Positions 37,949 through 51,746 of a stretch of 64,000 nt of DNA are shown piece after piece. The position numbers and the translations under genes are program-made. Each line of letters begins with the position of its first letter. The stretch's first letter is position 1. The notes under the pieces are model-generated. The model searched no databases, had not been told where the DNA came from, and was given only the letters and a program-made list of their open reading frames with translations. The stretch is taken from NCBI RefSeq assembly GCF_963921235.1, contig NC_086097.1:49540001-49604000 (forward strand), in the 5' to 3' direction. Origin of the DNA: Mobula hypostoma. Taxonomy: Eukaryota.

Positions 37949-40900
37949 CTAGGTGGAAAATCAGAAAAGTACTTTTACTCGCAGATGATTGGATATATTA
38001 GTTTTTGTACAGCTGATATTTAACTATTTTGTCAAACTTACAAAATAACCAAGTCTTTGCTGTCTGTTCTCTATCTGATGTCATTCTAAATACACACTGA
38101 CAAGCTGAAATTGAAAATTGCAATATTAATAAATATAAAACATTTACTTAAATTTATTTGTTACACCTTAATGATAGAAATAATCAATACAGTTGAGATG
38201 AAGAACAGTATAGCAAAGAATAAAGGCAAATGCCACTGATCAATTGAACAAGATATCGCTATTGTTGAAGTAACTTTTAATTCTTCACTTTCACTTCATA
38301 CAATTCTCACATCTGGTTTCGTATATGTACAATATTGTTCCTGAACCTTCAAATGAACAAAACGAAATCAGACTACAAATGTGTAAAGTAGAAACACGAA
38401 GTTGAACCATTTTTATCCAATAACCAAAAAAATTCAGTTGCCAAATATAAAGATGAATTCTAATTATTGAGTGAATTAGGTATCTTACTCATAATGTTAA
38501 ATCCTAAGATGAATTAAGTTACTTATAACATATTTTACCTCAACAAAATTATAGATTTTGCCTGTTAGTGGTAACCTTCAATTTTCTACCAAAGGATACT
38601 TCTGTATAACTGGGTGATACAATAAAGCTATTGTGACATCAGTCTAGCAAAAGAACATTACAACTGGTGACAGGAGAGGGAAGTATTTTAAAAATAGTAA
38701 GCACAAGAGGTTCTGCAGACACTGGAAATCTTGAACAACACACACAAAATGCTGGAGGAACTCAGCAAACCAGGCAGCATCTATGGAGGGGAATAATCAG
38801 TCAATGTTTTTGATCAAGACCCTTCATCAGGACAGGAAGTATTTAACATTAGTTAATAAAATGTAGGAGTAATTAAAGTCAAAACTAACTTAATGAAAAG
38901 ATTTTTTTAAAGAAGAGAACCAATATAGCTATTTCACAATAAAGTTGCATTTAGCAGGTACAATATCTTGTTGCTGTGTACATGCTAAAATATAAACTTT
39001 TCTGGAAGCAAGCCTTTTTAATTCATGCAATGCATTCATTTGAAAATAAGCTCGATCACAGAAAAAGAAACTGCCTATTCTTAGTTGATTCTTACCAATG
39101 CCAAATCATCATGACAGAACACACTCAGAACTGTTGTTAACTGTTTGAGTAATCCTTCAAACTATGTGGGGTTAGAGAACAAACGGGCCAACCAAAATTC
39201 TGTAGACTCTGCAATGATTCCTGCAGATCAGAGGGTATTAAATGTGCTCAGCCATTTAATAAAGGAGTGAGAACTAATCGAGTAACTATCAAACCATTAG
39301 CTTAACATCACTGAATAAAAATAAAAATTGCAGCTGCTGGAAAATTAAAATAAAAACAGAAATATTAAAAACACTGAGCAGGTTAGGCAGCATTTCATAG
39401 CACAGCACAGAAACAGGTCCAGCTAATCCATGCCAACTAGGATGCCCCATTCAACCTAATCACATTTGCTAGTATTTGGCCCATAACCTTCTAACCTTTT
39501 TCAATCCATGTACCTGTCCAACTGTATGCTAGAAGTTGCTAAAGCAGCTGATTCCACATAAATACCATCCTTTGCGTAGAATTCCTATTAAATCTTTCCC
39601 CTTTCACCTTAAACTTATGCCCTTTAGTTCTTGATTCTCCAACCCTTTGAAAAAGGCAGAGCGCATTCATCCTATCTTTGACCCTCAGATTTTCTATACA
39701 TCTACAAGATCACCTCTCAGTCTCCATGAGGCCCTCCGTTGGTCAGGGACAACGGCCGTCCCATCCTGGTTGCCTACGCGATATACAGGCCAGCACAGTG
39801 CAATATGGGGAGCAAGCTGTTGTCCATGCAGCAAGCTCTCCCCCTCCATGAAGCTGATGAATCCAAACAAATGGCAGAGACCGATACAGTTTGGCACCAG
39901 CGATGTCACAGGAGTTGCCAGTCAGGTCAAACTCAATGTAGGGACTGCATTAGAGACTCCAGCTCTGGATGTTTCCTTGGGGTTTTCTCCCAAAACTTCT
40001 TCCATGACTGAGTATAGCGACAAGGGAGCAGAGCCTTCAGATCAGAGATGTTCTTCTCCTAGGTGAACTGCCAACCACAGCTGACAAGACCCAGCTGCCT
40101 GAAGCAACTGGTTTTCAGGCACCTTTGCCACTTTTCCTGTCAGTAGGAACGGTTCTGCCGGTCTTAGTAGCTAAAGCACACGTGAAGGCCAGGAGCTCGA
40201 CTTGGTTTGCAGAGGCGATTTGAGACGCACAATTTTGGGACCACTTAATAGGTGGTAGGAGTTTATTCCCATGACCTACCTGCTCCTGCCTACAGCAGCC
40301 ATTCCAATCTTAAGGAACGTCATTCTCCCATACTTTAAGTAATAAAGCCCCAGGCTCTCCAATCTCTCCCTAACTCAGCCCCTCAAGACCTGCAACTTCT
40401 ATACTCAATACACTGGCATATGAAAGGCTGCAGGCCAAAGCCTTCTTCACCCTGCTGTCTACTTGTGACTCTACTTTCAGTGGGCAACGTACCTATACTC
40501 CAAGGTCTCCGTGTTCAACAACACTCCCCAGGGCCCTGCTGTTCACTGTGAAAGTCACCCCTGAATTTGACTTACCAAAATGCCGCACCTCATGCTATTC
40601 TGAATTAAACTCCATTTACCTGGCTGATTAAAATTCCCCTTAATTTTTAATAACCTTCTTCATTGTCTACTATATCACCTATTTTAGTGATACCTACAAA
40701 CTGAGTGCTATAGCACCTATTTTAGGATCATCTGCAACCTTACTAACCATGACTCATACACTCTTATCCAAATTGTAGATGTAAATGACCACAATGGGCC
40801 CAGCACTAAGCCCTGAGGCACAGTACTAGTCACAGGTCTCCAATCCGAGAAACAATCTTCCACCATCACCCTCTGCTTTTTACCATCAAGCCCATTGTGT

Positions 40901-41477
40901 ACTCAGTTGTCTCTCTGGACACAATGTGATCTGACCTTCCAGAGCATGTGAAAACCTACCATGTGAAACCTTCTCAATGCCCTTACTGAAGTACGTATAA
41001 ACATGTGTACTGCACTCAACCTTCATCCCCTTTTTTGATCACATCATTAAAAACTCAGTTCAGTTCAGAAGACATGATCTTTCATGCCACGTTGATCTTT
41101 CCAGATGTATATACACTGAGTGTATGTCGTGATGTAGCCCATCCACTTCAAGGTTAGAGGTGTTGTCTATTTAGAGATGCTCTTTTGTACACCACTGTTG
41201 TAGCCTGTGGTTATCTGAGTTACTGTCACCTTCCTGTCAGCTTGAATCATTCTGGACATTCTCCCCTGACCTCTCATTAACAAGGCAATTTCACACACAG
41301 AACTGCAGCTCACTTTTGCTTTTTTTTAATTTTCACACCATTCTCTGTAAACTCTGAACTGCTGTGCATGCAAAACCCAGGAGATTAGCTTGTGACATAC
41401 TCAAACTACCCATTTGGCACCAACACTCATTTCATTTCACAGTTAAAGTCACTTAGGTCACATTTCTTCCTCATAGA

Positions 41478-41889
41478 CAGTAAAGTGAAAAAGTCTCAGG
41501 CACCCTAGATTTTTTACATGGTTTCAGACAGGATGGAGTCCACAAGCCCTGATCTCAACATCATCGAGGCTGTCTGGGATTGCCCAAAGAGACAGAAGCA
41601 AGTGAGACAGCCAAAGCCTGCAGAAGAGCTGTAGAAAGTTCTCCAAGATGCTTGGAGCACCCTACCAAATGATTTTTTTATAAAACTGCATGACAGTGTA
41701 CCTAAGAAAATTGATGCGGTTTTAAAGGCAAAGTGTCGTCACACGAAATATTGATTTGAATTAGTTTTTTACTGTTTACTGCTCCTTATAGTAATTTTTA
41801 GTACAAAGAAACTTAATTTTGAATATTTTGAAAGCATCATCACTTTACAGATTCTTTTCACATGTGCTTAAGACTTTTGTACAGTACTG
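41478..41889 (+). mobile_element. Tc1-like transposon deletion derivative
   Basis: CAGTA…TACTG imperfect TIRs; SPDLNIIEAVWD catalytic-region remnant near 41546. Confidence 0.8.
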
Positions 41890-41904
41890 TATTTAAATAA
41901 ATAC

Positions 41905-42545
41905 ACGGTAGATTCCAGTTAATTGGGACATTGTACATTTTTGCCCAATTAAGTGGCTGTCCCAATTAGCTGAAATTTTATGGAAATAGTTAAAGGGATA
42001 TAAGAAAGGCAAATTACCATTTAACTGAGAAACAAATTACGTATTTAAATGAAATACAGAGCAAATTAGAACACTACCAAAACTACTACAGTATGATAAA
42101 ACTGTGCATAAATTCCTAATAGTTATCAATGGAGGAATTAATCCAGTGTACCCTTCTGTGTTCTTTTGATTGACTATAAATGAGGAAAATCAGCAGACAC
42201 CTAGTACAGATAATCGACTGCCTCAAACAATGCTTTTGACAATTGCATCCTCCAAATCTTCATTTTCATTCAAATCTTCAAGACAGTTGTCGATACCTTC
42301 AAATTCTTCATAGTTCCTAACTTGTTAATTAATGAAATCATTTCATTTTTTACTCCCAGTTGTTTCTGGCATTTTTGAGCCTGAATATTTAAAACAACAA
42401 TGATCAAAACAGTTCTGAATTGTATCAGAGATTATTACTCACTGACTACAAGTGAAAAATGCACTGCTTTTTGAAGACAGACACAAGTGACACTATTTGA
42501 AAACTGTTTTAAGCACGGTGTAGTGTCTAATGGCCACGTGATTTG
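41905..42545. mobile_element. DNA transposon-like repeat, with a second partial copy at about 7571-7815
   Basis: Both loci share GATTC(T/C)(G/A)GTTAATTGGGACA…CCAATTAGCTGAA…AAATGAAATACAGA. Confidence 0.6.
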
Positions 42546-42769
42546 TACAAGGACATCCCATTAGAACAGAGGTAATGAAGAATTTCTTTAGCCAGAGAGT
42601 AGGGAACCTGTGGAACTCATTTCCATGGTTGGCTGTGGAGGCCAAGTCATTGGGTATATTTAAAATGGAGGTTAATATGTTCTTGATTAGTAAGGGCATC
42701 ATAGGTTGCAGGAATGGTACAGCAGACTCAATAGCCAATGGGCCTAATTCTGCTCCTATACCTTATGGT

Positions 42770-42772
<3 letters not shown>

Positions 42773-42804
<32 letters not shown>
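42773..42804. repeat. (GT)n microsatellite
   Basis: Read directly from the sequence. Confidence 0.95.
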
Positions 42805-42806
<2 letters not shown>

Positions 42807-44039
42807 TTTATAATTTATAGTTTATTTTATATATTTCACTTATTGCAACAGCAAATTTCACAACATATATCAGTAATAATAAATCTGACTCTGATTCCGA
42901 CATTGTACATTGTACAGCTTGGGGCTCCTTACCTAGAAAAGGATGTTTGCCATGGAAGCTGCAATGACGTTTTGTTAGGCTAGTTCCTGGAGATATCGGG
43001 TTTACTATGCCAGAAGAGATTGAGAAGAATGAACGGTGATGTCATTGAAATTCATAAAAAAATTATTCCATGCTGGATAGGGAAGATGCAGGAAGAATGT
43101 TTCCCCAGTAATACAATCTTGGTAAGATGAGAGCTGGGACTTTTAGGACTTAATTCAAAGTATGGTGAATCTTTGGAATTCTCCATCCCAAAGGGCTCTG
43201 ACAATTCAGCCGTTGAGTTCAGTATTACAGTAATTTATTATTTTTAATTGGAGATGATTGCTCCGCTATTGATTGATTGCATATCCTTAGGTTATGGTGG
43301 TTGCTAGTGCACGCAATTCACTTCACTGTATGTACATGTGATCACTAAATAATTCTGAATCTACATTTTGGAAATTGCCGGAATCAAATGATACAGGGAT
43401 AGTGCAGTAGAGATAGCTGAGATAGAAAAAGAGCTTGATGAATCGCAAAGCAAGCTCAGTAGACCAGATTCATAGTTTCACTTAATTCTGATAATTTGAA
43501 AATTGCCCCTCAGTTCCAGATGAGAAAATAATCTTACTCATACCTACCTACCCATTCCAATGTTATTTTACCTCTGTGTGCACTCAATTCATCCAATATA
43601 ATTTTGGATGTTAGTCACCAAATCTAGTTCTAAACGCTGTCTACGTAAGTTTCTTAAATTTTTCTTTGCATGTTGTCTTCTCAAGGTTTCGCGAGGGAAT
43701 GGGAGTCATGAATTTGCTCTATTCTGTACCATTCAACAAACTATAGGAAATAATTAACCTATCTTACCTCCTTCTGACTATGTAATACGTACTAACACAA
43801 GGGAGTCTGCAGATGCTGCAAATATTGAGCAACACTCACAAAAAGCTGGAGCAACTCAGCAAGTCGGGCAGCATCTATGGAGGCGACGTTTCGGGCCGAG
43901 AACCTTCATTGTTTGTTTCCTGGTTTCCTACTGCACGTTGTTTGGAATAATACCCAAATTGCATTTTCTTACGCAATTAATAATTTACCTCTTCTGAAGA
44001 CCAACCGCTTTGTGCAGTTGACTAGGTTTATTTCGTCCG

Positions 44040-44520
44040 AAATAGCAACAATTGGCCCGTAAACACTGTCCCTGGGGGAGGCGTCGGGCGGGCGGGGCAA
44101 AGGGGACAAACCCCGCCCCCGTACAAGGGGCGCTCTGTGATCACGTGGTCTCCGTTCTTTAACTTGCTTGCGTTTCGGTGTTAAAGGTCACGTTTCGCGC
44201 GGGAAGGGGGCGCCTGGACTCGGTTTGTGTTAGTATGACGAAGAGAGCCAGCCCGTTCGGGGACATCGCGCCGCTGCAGTGGAAAGTCTACGTGACCCAG
44301 AGAGAGCTGAGTGAAGGCGTGCTTGGGGAGAAGTACAAGCGGGAAGTGTATGGTGAGTAGGTGTTGTGACTCGCGTTATGGAGGCCGGCTCCGGTCCGGT
44401 CCGGCCTTACACCAGGTCGCGGGGAGGTCACCAGCTGGCTCCTGGAAACCGTTCACTGAGGTGAGGATGCTACAGACTGACTCATCTCCCTGGCGGCCTC
44501 GGTCTGCTTGTGGAAGGGAG
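44040..44520. promoter_or_regulatory. CpG-rich promoter of SIVA1, probably bidirectional
   Basis: Sharp local CpG/GC enrichment around SIVA1 exon 1; GGGCGG boxes at about 44085-44120; E-box TCACGTG at 44141-44147. Confidence 0.7.
44235..44352 (+). CDS. SIVA1: SIVA1 apoptosis regulator, exon 1 (MTKRASPFGDIAPLQWKVYVTQRELSEGVLGEKYKREVY)
   Basis: Closely resembles the SIVA N-terminus (human MPKRSCPFADVAPLQLKV…); G|gtgagt donor; 118 nt. Confidence 0.93.
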
Positions 44521-47500
44521 GCCTGCTAACTCAGCACAAGTTGCATTCCAGAAGTGGGGAGTTCAGTAGCATTTTTGTGCTGTTATTGGCGATGAGAGAT
44601 CTTGTCATAACAACGCACATCGTGTTCTTTTTAGGGCTGTTGACCTGCAATTATTGATGGATGCAATTGTGAAGGTGTCATTTTCCGTTTTAAGTTTGGG
44701 AGTTTTCTGCACGGGCCACTGTGAGGTAATGCATTAAGAGAGCTCTGAGTATGGGGCTCCGATATGCTGACGAGTTAAGTAATATTGTGCTGATTTTTTT
44801 TAAGGTCTGGAAAGTTGATGACACTTGTATCTAACTTGGCTTTTGAAAAAGCTGTATCATTCTTTATTTGCTTAGTTTGAAATTCCAATACATTAAGTTC
44901 CAAACAAGCTATTCCAATGACATGAAAATTCTGTTGTCAAGCCCATTCTCCTGTTCCCCCTCCTACATTTTGTTTGCTAGTCCCAAAATATCTTAAACAA
45001 CTTGCGATTGCTGTTTCAAAATGGGAAATGCTAAAGATCCTTATTTTATTTGTTGGGGTAAAATTGGAATAATATTTTAATTGATCAAACTCTCACCTGT
45101 TTTTCCCTGTTTAGCTATCATTGGAATACCTATTATACCTTAAACTGAATCCTGCATGGATCCATAATGCAGAAATAGATTAATTTTGCTTAAGTCCATT
45201 GCATTTGAAATGAGATGAATCTAATGTGGGAGCCTAATTGTTGAGAATTTTTCCTGGATTTCTAAGCTGATCTACATGTGTATGGAAATCCTGAGATTCT
45301 TGTCACTAACCCAATGATATAATTGGGTTTTTATCACTACTCTATCAACTTGGGTCAATATTTCACTTGAACTGAGATTCCTCACTGTCTGAACTTCTGT
45401 TGCATAACATTTTAAGTTATTGGAAATCTGGGAGTTAGAATTGTATTAAGTGTAGTTGCTTTAGCTTTTGAAGGATGATGAAATGTATGTTGTGTATCTT
45501 GTGATTTTAGTTATAGGTATGTTTTTAATACCAATACTTGTGATTTGCCTTTGAATCTCTTAAGGTCAGAATAGTAACTGAAGTTTTTAAATTTACAGGT
45601 AGTTGATTTCTGCTTTCACATATCTGCAATATAATTAAATTTCGTTCTTCAGTAACAAATATGAATTTAAGGGTGTCAAAGGCCCTGTAATTATAGGGCA
45701 GCAGAGTGGTACAGCCTGTAAGACTGCTGTTTGGCAAGTTCAGAAAACTGCTCAATCCTACATTTGGCTGCTGTCCATGCAGTTTGTCTGTTCTTCAACT
45801 GATTTGAGTCTACAGCCCTCTTGCAATCCAGTGCATTTGAGGCTCCATAACCAAGCTGTGATGCAAAAAGTAAGAATGCTCACGGCTGTACATCTATAGA
45901 AATTTGCAAATCTTAGAATTTGAGGTAGAGCTGTAGGTGTGCTGCCTTCATCTTACTCAAGTATGTTGGGCACAGGGTAGATCTTCTAAAATGTTGACAC
46001 CCCAGAGTTTGAATCTGCTGACCCTTTCTACTGCACCCTTCATTCCATGAGGAACAATTCCTCAGTCTTGCTGATATTGAATGCAAGATAGTTGCGATAC
46101 CACTTAACCATCTGATTGCACTCACTCCTGTGTGCTTCCTCAATCCACCACAGGGGATCCAAACCTTTTTTGTTATGGACCAATACCATTAAGCAAGAGA
46201 TCTGTGGATCCCAGGTTAGGAACCCCTAGACTATCATATCCAACTCATGGTCATAGATTGAATAATTGTTTTCCGTTTTTGTAGAACTTGAAATGTTACT
46301 TCTGACAAAGACTCAACTAAAGATTAGCTATTTGTGCTCCAAATCATAATACTAATATTTAATTAGGTTCCTAACATACAGAAGCTGTCCATAAATTTCT
46401 ATCACACCATTCCAGAATTGAAAGGCTTCTCATATGAGAAGTGTTGGATGGCTCTGGACCTCTACTCACTGGAATTCAGAAGAATGCAGGTGACCTCATT
46501 GAAACTATCAGATGTTGAAAGTGGGTGTGGAGAGGATAGTGGAGGAAACAAGAGGGCACAGCCTCAATAGAGGGACATCTTTTTACAACAGATAAGCAAT
46601 TTCTTTAGCCAGAGGATGGTGAATCTGTGGAGATTGTTGCCACAGGTGGCAACAGAGGTCAAGTCTTTGGGTGTATTTAAGGCAGAGGTTGAGATTCTTG
46701 ATCAGTCAGGGCACGAAGAGATACAGGGAGAAGGCAGTTTGTTGGGCCTGAGGAGAAATTGATCCCCATGAAAAGGCAGGTGGACTTGTTGGTCAAAATG
46801 GCCTAATTCTGCTCTTATTTCATAATGGGTCTTATTAAAAAAAACTATCTTGCTGTTCCATTTACTGTAACCATGAAATGGAGAAGTTGCTACATCTTGT
46901 AAGAAAATAGTACTGCACACCTAAGTACATGATTCTGATTGCTTTCAATCAACCTCTGTACAAAATGAATTTGAGTACGTATATCACTTTCTTTCAGATG
47001 CTTTTTGTTAGATTCTAACAACAAACTTCACTTTTTCTTTCTGATTCAGTGTTTTGACAACTGAATTAAACTGTTCTTGCACTGTTGTCAGTTTATGCTT
47101 GTTCCTTGTACTGTTATCTTGCACTCTCAAGCTTATCACAAAGACAGAATGCAGTTTTATCTACTCTCCAAGGAAAAACGTCCTAATAACTTTGGTTGTG
47201 CCTGCCAGATTCTAGTGAGTAGTTCGGATTATGTAGCATCCTTAGTAAAGTGAGTTGGGTTTTCAAATTAGTTTTGAAGAATGAATAATGAATTTCAATG
47301 TTTGTTTAATTAAGTACACCAAGACTTGCTAGTTGAGGTGTAAGTAGACATTTTTAACTAGTTCTTGGAAGATTATTGCCCTTTAGTTATGCTTGGTGTG
47401 CACATCTGAGCTGCTTGTGTGTGATTGTGTGCATCTTTTATACAGCTATTATTTTTGGAGCGAAATGCTACCAGAATGCCTTCATGTATTCCAGTCTATT

Positions 47501-48124
47501 TCTTAAACCAAGTGTCCTCTTCTAGGCTTGACCAGTACTTCTGAAATTCAGTGCTGTTAGTGGATTATATCCTAGAATTTTGCTTCATATCCAAGACTTA
47601 CAGACATTAAGGAGCAGAATGACTTGGTGTTCTGGAATAAATGCAGTGAAATCTTCTGCCTTCTGCCGTCCAAGACAGTTATAAAATTACAGCTATCAAT
47701 TTGTACCACTTAATTTGTGACTCCATCTTTTTACACATATACATCCAATGGTGAACATGCTTTGCATTTCAAAGCTTATAATTAAGAATTTTAGATTAGA
47801 TTATGAGGACAAGCTGTCCTTCTTTATTGTCATTTACTAATTGTATGCATTAAGAAATGATGCAATGTTCTTCCAGAATGATATCACAGAAACACATGAC
47901 AAACCAAGACTGAAAAACTGACAAAACCACATAATTATAACATATAGTTACAACAGTGCACAGCAATACCGTAATTTGATAAGAACAGACCATGGGCACG
48001 GTAAAATTCTCAAGTCTCTCAAGTCCCATCATCTCAGCAGACATTTCAGAAGTTTAGATTTTAGATTTCAGATTTTATTGATATATCAGAACACGAATTA
48101 TTTCAGTCTTGTGCAGTAGCCCCC

Positions 48125-48600
48125 ATGCCTCCCCACAAGACAGTGATACAGCCAGTCAGAATGCTTTCCATGGTACACTTGTAGATGTTTGTTGTAGCTG
48201 AAAAACAATCTCCTCAAACTCGTAATGAAATATAGCTGCTGTCTTGCCCCTTTATAGCTGCATCTATATGTTGCATCCAGATTGGGTCCTCTGATATTGA
48301 CACCCAGGTACTTGAAATTGCTCCCTCTCTACTTCTGATCCCTCTGAGGATTGACATGTGTTCCCTTGCCTTATAATTCCTGAAGTCCACAATCAGTTCT
48401 TTGGTCTTCCTGACCTTGAGTGCAAGGTTGTTGCTGCAACACCACTCAACTAACCGATGTATCTTGCTCCTGTATGCCCTTCTGTCACCATCTGAAATTC
48501 TGCCAACACTGGTTGTATCATCAGCAAATTTATAGATGGCATTTGAGCTATGGCAACCCACGCAGTCATGGGTATAGAGAGAGTAGAGCAGAGGCCTGAG
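48125..48600 (-). mobile_element. Non-LTR retrotransposon RT fragment (clade uncertain)
   Basis: PLLYSLYTHDC…KFADDT…KTKELIVDFR in ORF 48214..48717. Confidence 0.75.
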
Positions 48601-49153
48601 CACATTTCCATGGCCTGAAAAGGCCTTTTTCCGTTCTTGATGTATTCCATTCTTCCTGCACCTCTTCCAGTGTGAGTATTTACCTGTATTGACTTTTTGA
48701 GCAACAGCCCCATACATTGTCTTGCCATGTGCTCATTTCCATGATTTTTCTTCGATCTCCCACCCCTTCATAGTTGAACAGCCCATAATAGCTTCTGGCA
48801 TTTTCTTTAGGATTGTTCCAGAGACTGCTAAATTCCCTGCAGCTCATCATTATTCCTTTCACCCTTTAAGAATATTCTCCTCACTATCAGCAGTGCTTGA
48901 ATTTGCCATTCAAACAAATCACTACTACGTTTAATAATGGAAAAAAAAACCCTGCCTAATCCCTGTGATGTACTGGTTAGAAATTTCGCAAACATTCATA
49001 TCTGGATACAATTGTGATTGAGCTTGTGTGGAAATTGTGCCTGGCCTGTTTCCTACATGAAAAATGTTAATGTGACAGCTAAATCTTTTTGATAACGAGT
49101 AGCTGTTTTGTATTTACTTAAAATTGAACTTGTGTCCTAATTTTTATTTCCAG

Positions 49154-49375
49154 AAAAAACCAAGAGCTTGCTGTTCAATGGAGCCCAGTCTTTTATGGGA
49201 GATTTATGGACTGGTAACTTGGATGAAAAGTATACGCTGAACCCCATACTTGTTGAGGATAACTACATGAAGGAACCTGAAAGTATTTGTAACAGTGATC
49301 ATGACTTGCTCCAAGGGCAGACATTTCTAGGACAAAATGGACAACTTTTAAGGGGTTTATCGTGTTTGCAAAAAT
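49154..49375 (+). CDS. SIVA1: SIVA1 exon 2 (EKTKSLLFNGAQSFM…LLQGQTFLGQNGQLLRG…)
   Basis: ttccag and gtaagt boundaries; 222 nt; SIVA-type motifs KTKxLLFxGAQ and GQxxxGxxGxL. Confidence 0.92.
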
Positions 49376-51213
49376 GTAAGTTTATATGATTTAATTTACA
49401 CGGTTGAGAGTTTCTACATTTTATTGGGGTCTTAATCTAGTTACTGGAGGATATGAATTGGCTGAAGTCAACAATGTTTGTGTTGCAGTTATCTTTGGTA
49501 TTTAAGTCAAAACTTCCCATGCATGCAGTGACCTATGTCAGAAGATTTTGTCCAAGGTCAGCTGTAGCACCTGAACATGAGGCTGGCACCTGTATAGTAT
49601 TGCTGAAAGCTCCCTCTAAATGAGACTTTACACAAATAAGTAGATAAATTTGAGTGAAAGATTTCCTGATAACTGTTTTAAAGATCACTAGCATTATCTC
49701 TGCAATGCTTAACATGTTCTTGGAAGTTCTAAAAATTGGTATTAATGAAGATAGCCTTGTGGGCATTGACCAGTTGGTAAAATGGTGCACGGGCAGATGG
49801 AATTGATCCTCAAGTGTGGTAAATCTCTTTGGAATGTCTTAATGAGAGAAGAGCATAATAGTATGGGTAACTGAGGAACAGAAGACTAGGGTGAAATTGG
49901 CTAGTCTGGCTTTGTCTGCGTTTCAAATGGTTGTACAAGATGGATGTGCATTTATTGTACATTTCTTTCATGAGGTAAAACTAGTTTGAAGCTCAACATC
50001 TGATAATCTAAAGAATTTAGTCAACAGTACTTGGTCATGCTTTAAAAAAGCTTAATATACCATAAACTGAAATTGTGGTATAATTAATGTCAGTTCTTGT
50101 ACTGGTATGGAAATTACTTCTAGTTGATTCATACTGACATTTTTGGAAGGGAGCAAGTTCCTAGAGGTGGAAAATCTTGGCGGTGGTCTCATGAAGGTGC
50201 TTGCTATTACAAGTTCCTGGGTGGGTGGTGATTGTGCTGCTGTAATTACTGTTTTTATTTTCCAACACCTTTTACTACTATCTTTTGGTGGTAATGCCAG
50301 TATTTCAGTGATTACTATTGAGGGGGCACAGAATGCTATGACAGTACTATCTGTAAGATCACAGTTCAATTCCTGCTCAATAAATGTACATTTTGTGGGG
50401 TGGGGGGGAGGAAATGACCTAGTGGGGGGAGCCTCTATGACAGCTAAGGAGTTTGTACATTCTGATACTATGGATTTCCTCCCAATCCAAAGGTCTACAG
50501 TTGGGGTGAATGAGTTATTGGCATACTGTGTTGGCACTGGAAGTGTGGCAACAGGCGGAGCAGTCCTTGCTGATTTAATGTATTGTTTTGATGCACATTG
50601 TTGTTTCTTCCCGTGCCTTTTAACGCATCAGGTGGCAATGTTGCTGTTTGGCATTTACTATTTGAGGCCAAGGTGCTAGCTTTATGCTCAGCCCAGATGG
50701 TGGAAAGCATGAAAGGAACCAGCTGGATTCATACCCAGGACCACTTGGCTTGAAGTCTGGTGTGGATACCAAGACACCGCCAACTAGCTTTGATGGACAT
50801 GCAGTCCATCCGTTTAAACTACATAGGAAAAATTCAAAACAATGTAGCTTTTTCAAGGCAAAATGTCTTTTTTTAATTGGGATGTCGATTGAGTTTCAAA
50901 CTGAAGACAAGTGATGATCTTAGCCCTTCATCCCAACCTCTCCAAAAAAAAAAAATCACAGATGTGGTTTGATGAGCTTATAGTACTACCAACAGGGAGT
51001 TGGGAGGAATGAGCATTTAACTTTGCATATTTAGAATAATGGCTAACCATAGATGTTTTTCAGACAAAATTGATTTTATTTCAAATGGTATCAAAATGCA
51101 GTTTTTTTTTTCCCCCTGCTAAAATGAAGACTAGTTTTTGAGTTAGAATCCACAGCTTTCATTGGGAATGGTTATTTGTTTTTGGCCTAAATTGCTAATT
51201 TTTGTTCACATAG

Positions 51214-51370
51214 CATCCATCAAGACAGCAGTTACAAACTGCTTTATCTGTCTGAAGCCATCCAATTTCAAGAAACCTTGTTCACGGTGTGACCACTTAC
51301 TATGCCAGGATTGCATCAAAGTGTGTGATCACTGCACGAGGAATTTCTGTTCAATATGTTCATTTGCAGA
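51214..51370 (+). CDS. SIVA1: SIVA1 exon 3, Cys-rich zinc-binding region
   Basis: catag and gtgagt boundaries; 157 nt; five CxxC pairs (CFIC, CSRC, CQDC, CDHC, CSIC). Confidence 0.93.
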
Positions 51371-51746
51371 GTGAGTAACGTTTTTGTTTCTTGTTCTTGG
51401 CTTCTGCTTTGCTGTAATCTGTAGTCTTTACAATCTGTGTGCTCCAACTTGAAACCAGCAATCTTAATATTTAATAGCTCAACCAGATTTCTAAATTTAC
51501 TGATGTTAGATCCTGTTCCCATAATTTGATGTAATTTTTTGGGAGATAAATTTTGCATTTATTGCTTTTGTAGCTAGCTGTTGATCTGCTGTCTAGATGC
51601 CAAAATGGGTGCAGTTGACTGGGTGCATATTGTCAGTGGGCTCTGCCTAAGGAAAGATAGAAACATAGAAAATAGGTGCAGGAGTAGGCCATTCGGCCCT
51701 TTGAGCCTGCACCGCCATTTATTATGATCATGGCTGATCATCCAAC

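Noticed and set aside
43741..43767. Minus-strand GTAAG donor at 43767 paired with the acceptor at 43741
   Set aside because: It would give a 27-nt intron, which is too short; the donor at 43988 is more plausible.
50052..50679. Overlapping 161-aa and 178-aa ORFs in SIVA1 intron 2
   Set aside because: No recognisable domain or convincing splice context; partly repeat-derived.
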